From Blastocystis sp. subtype 4 (lineage: Eukaryota): a DNA stretch of 36,746 bases. Made by a program: the position numbers and the translations under genes. The stretch is from contig NW_014569438.1 of the NCBI RefSeq assembly GCF_000743755.1, positions 1-36,746 of the forward strand, given 5' to 3'. Shown here piece by piece: positions 36,355 through 36,746 of this stretch. The notes beneath the pieces are model-generated. The model had not been told where the DNA came from. It ran no database searches and worked only from the letters and a program-made list of their open reading frames with translations. How positions within the stretch are numbered: position 1 is the first letter of the stretch; every line of letters begins with the position of its first letter.

Positions 36355-36506
36355 TGTCAACGGTCCCAAGTGGGTAGATGTCTCAGAAATACGACTTGAA
36401 GTGAACACCAAAATAATGGGTGTTTTAGGATTGAAAATGGTGAATAATTGTGGATCTCTCTGGATTAGCATGTGCTTTTCGATTCAATAGAAGAGCTGTG
36501 AATAAA

Positions 36507-36746
36507 ATGAGTTATCAAACTCAGCCGCCTATTCAAATGGTAGTCGTTTTGTTTTGAAGTGACCTGTCTAGCCTGGAGTTCCTACTCCATCGTATCCTTC
36601 CAATCAAATTGACAGAGAGCGGTAGAATGCATATGAATTCAAATGAAGTTTTAGGGAGCGTTCTTCAAGAAGAAGGGATCGTAGTCACAGCAGACATCAC
36701 AGTCATCGACATCGAAGCAGAAGTCGAAGTGACAGCCGAGATAGAC
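36507..36746 (+). CDS. 5' part of an RS-rich (Arg/Ser) protein, probably a splicing factor; runs off the window
   Basis: MSYQTQPPIQM|PGVPTPSYPSNQIDRER|ERSSRRRDRSHSRHHSHRHRSRSRSDSRDR, via 32- and 33-nt GT-AG introns. Confidence 0.7.

Overview
Gene-dense eukaryotic nuclear DNA, about 40% GC by eye, with about 24 protein-coding genes. They are split by very short (~28-34 nt) GT-AG introns, have tiny intergenic spacers, and most carry a TGTTTGTT-like element just downstream of the 3' end. Together these features point to the anaerobic stramenopile Blastocystis (inference). The ORF track is fragmented by introns, so gene models were spliced by hand. Housekeeping genes: Sec61 gamma, a SKI3-like TPR protein, a tesmin/LIN54 CXC protein, a DHHC acyltransferase, phosphatidylserine decarboxylase, RPF2, an M1 aminopeptidase, VPS50, Rab5, PUS3, THOC7, MCM4, RPL23A, NOC2 and an RS-rich protein. 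The most notable item is a gene (1387-5000) with a mitochondrial-type presequence, a catalytically degenerate UvrD/SF1 helicase body and an intact 4-Cys Fe-S PD-(D/E)XK nuclease. This is an AddB/AdnA-like architecture apparently aimed at the mitochondrion-related organelle, and it needs a 48-nt AT-AC minor intron removed to be expressed. Other highlights: a second AT-AC intron in VPS50; stop codons predicted to be created by polyadenylation (MCM4, THOC7); exactly abutting convergent poly(A) elements; a bacterial-type YqhD alcohol dehydrogenase; and two small spliced genes poorly or not at all covered by the ORF track.
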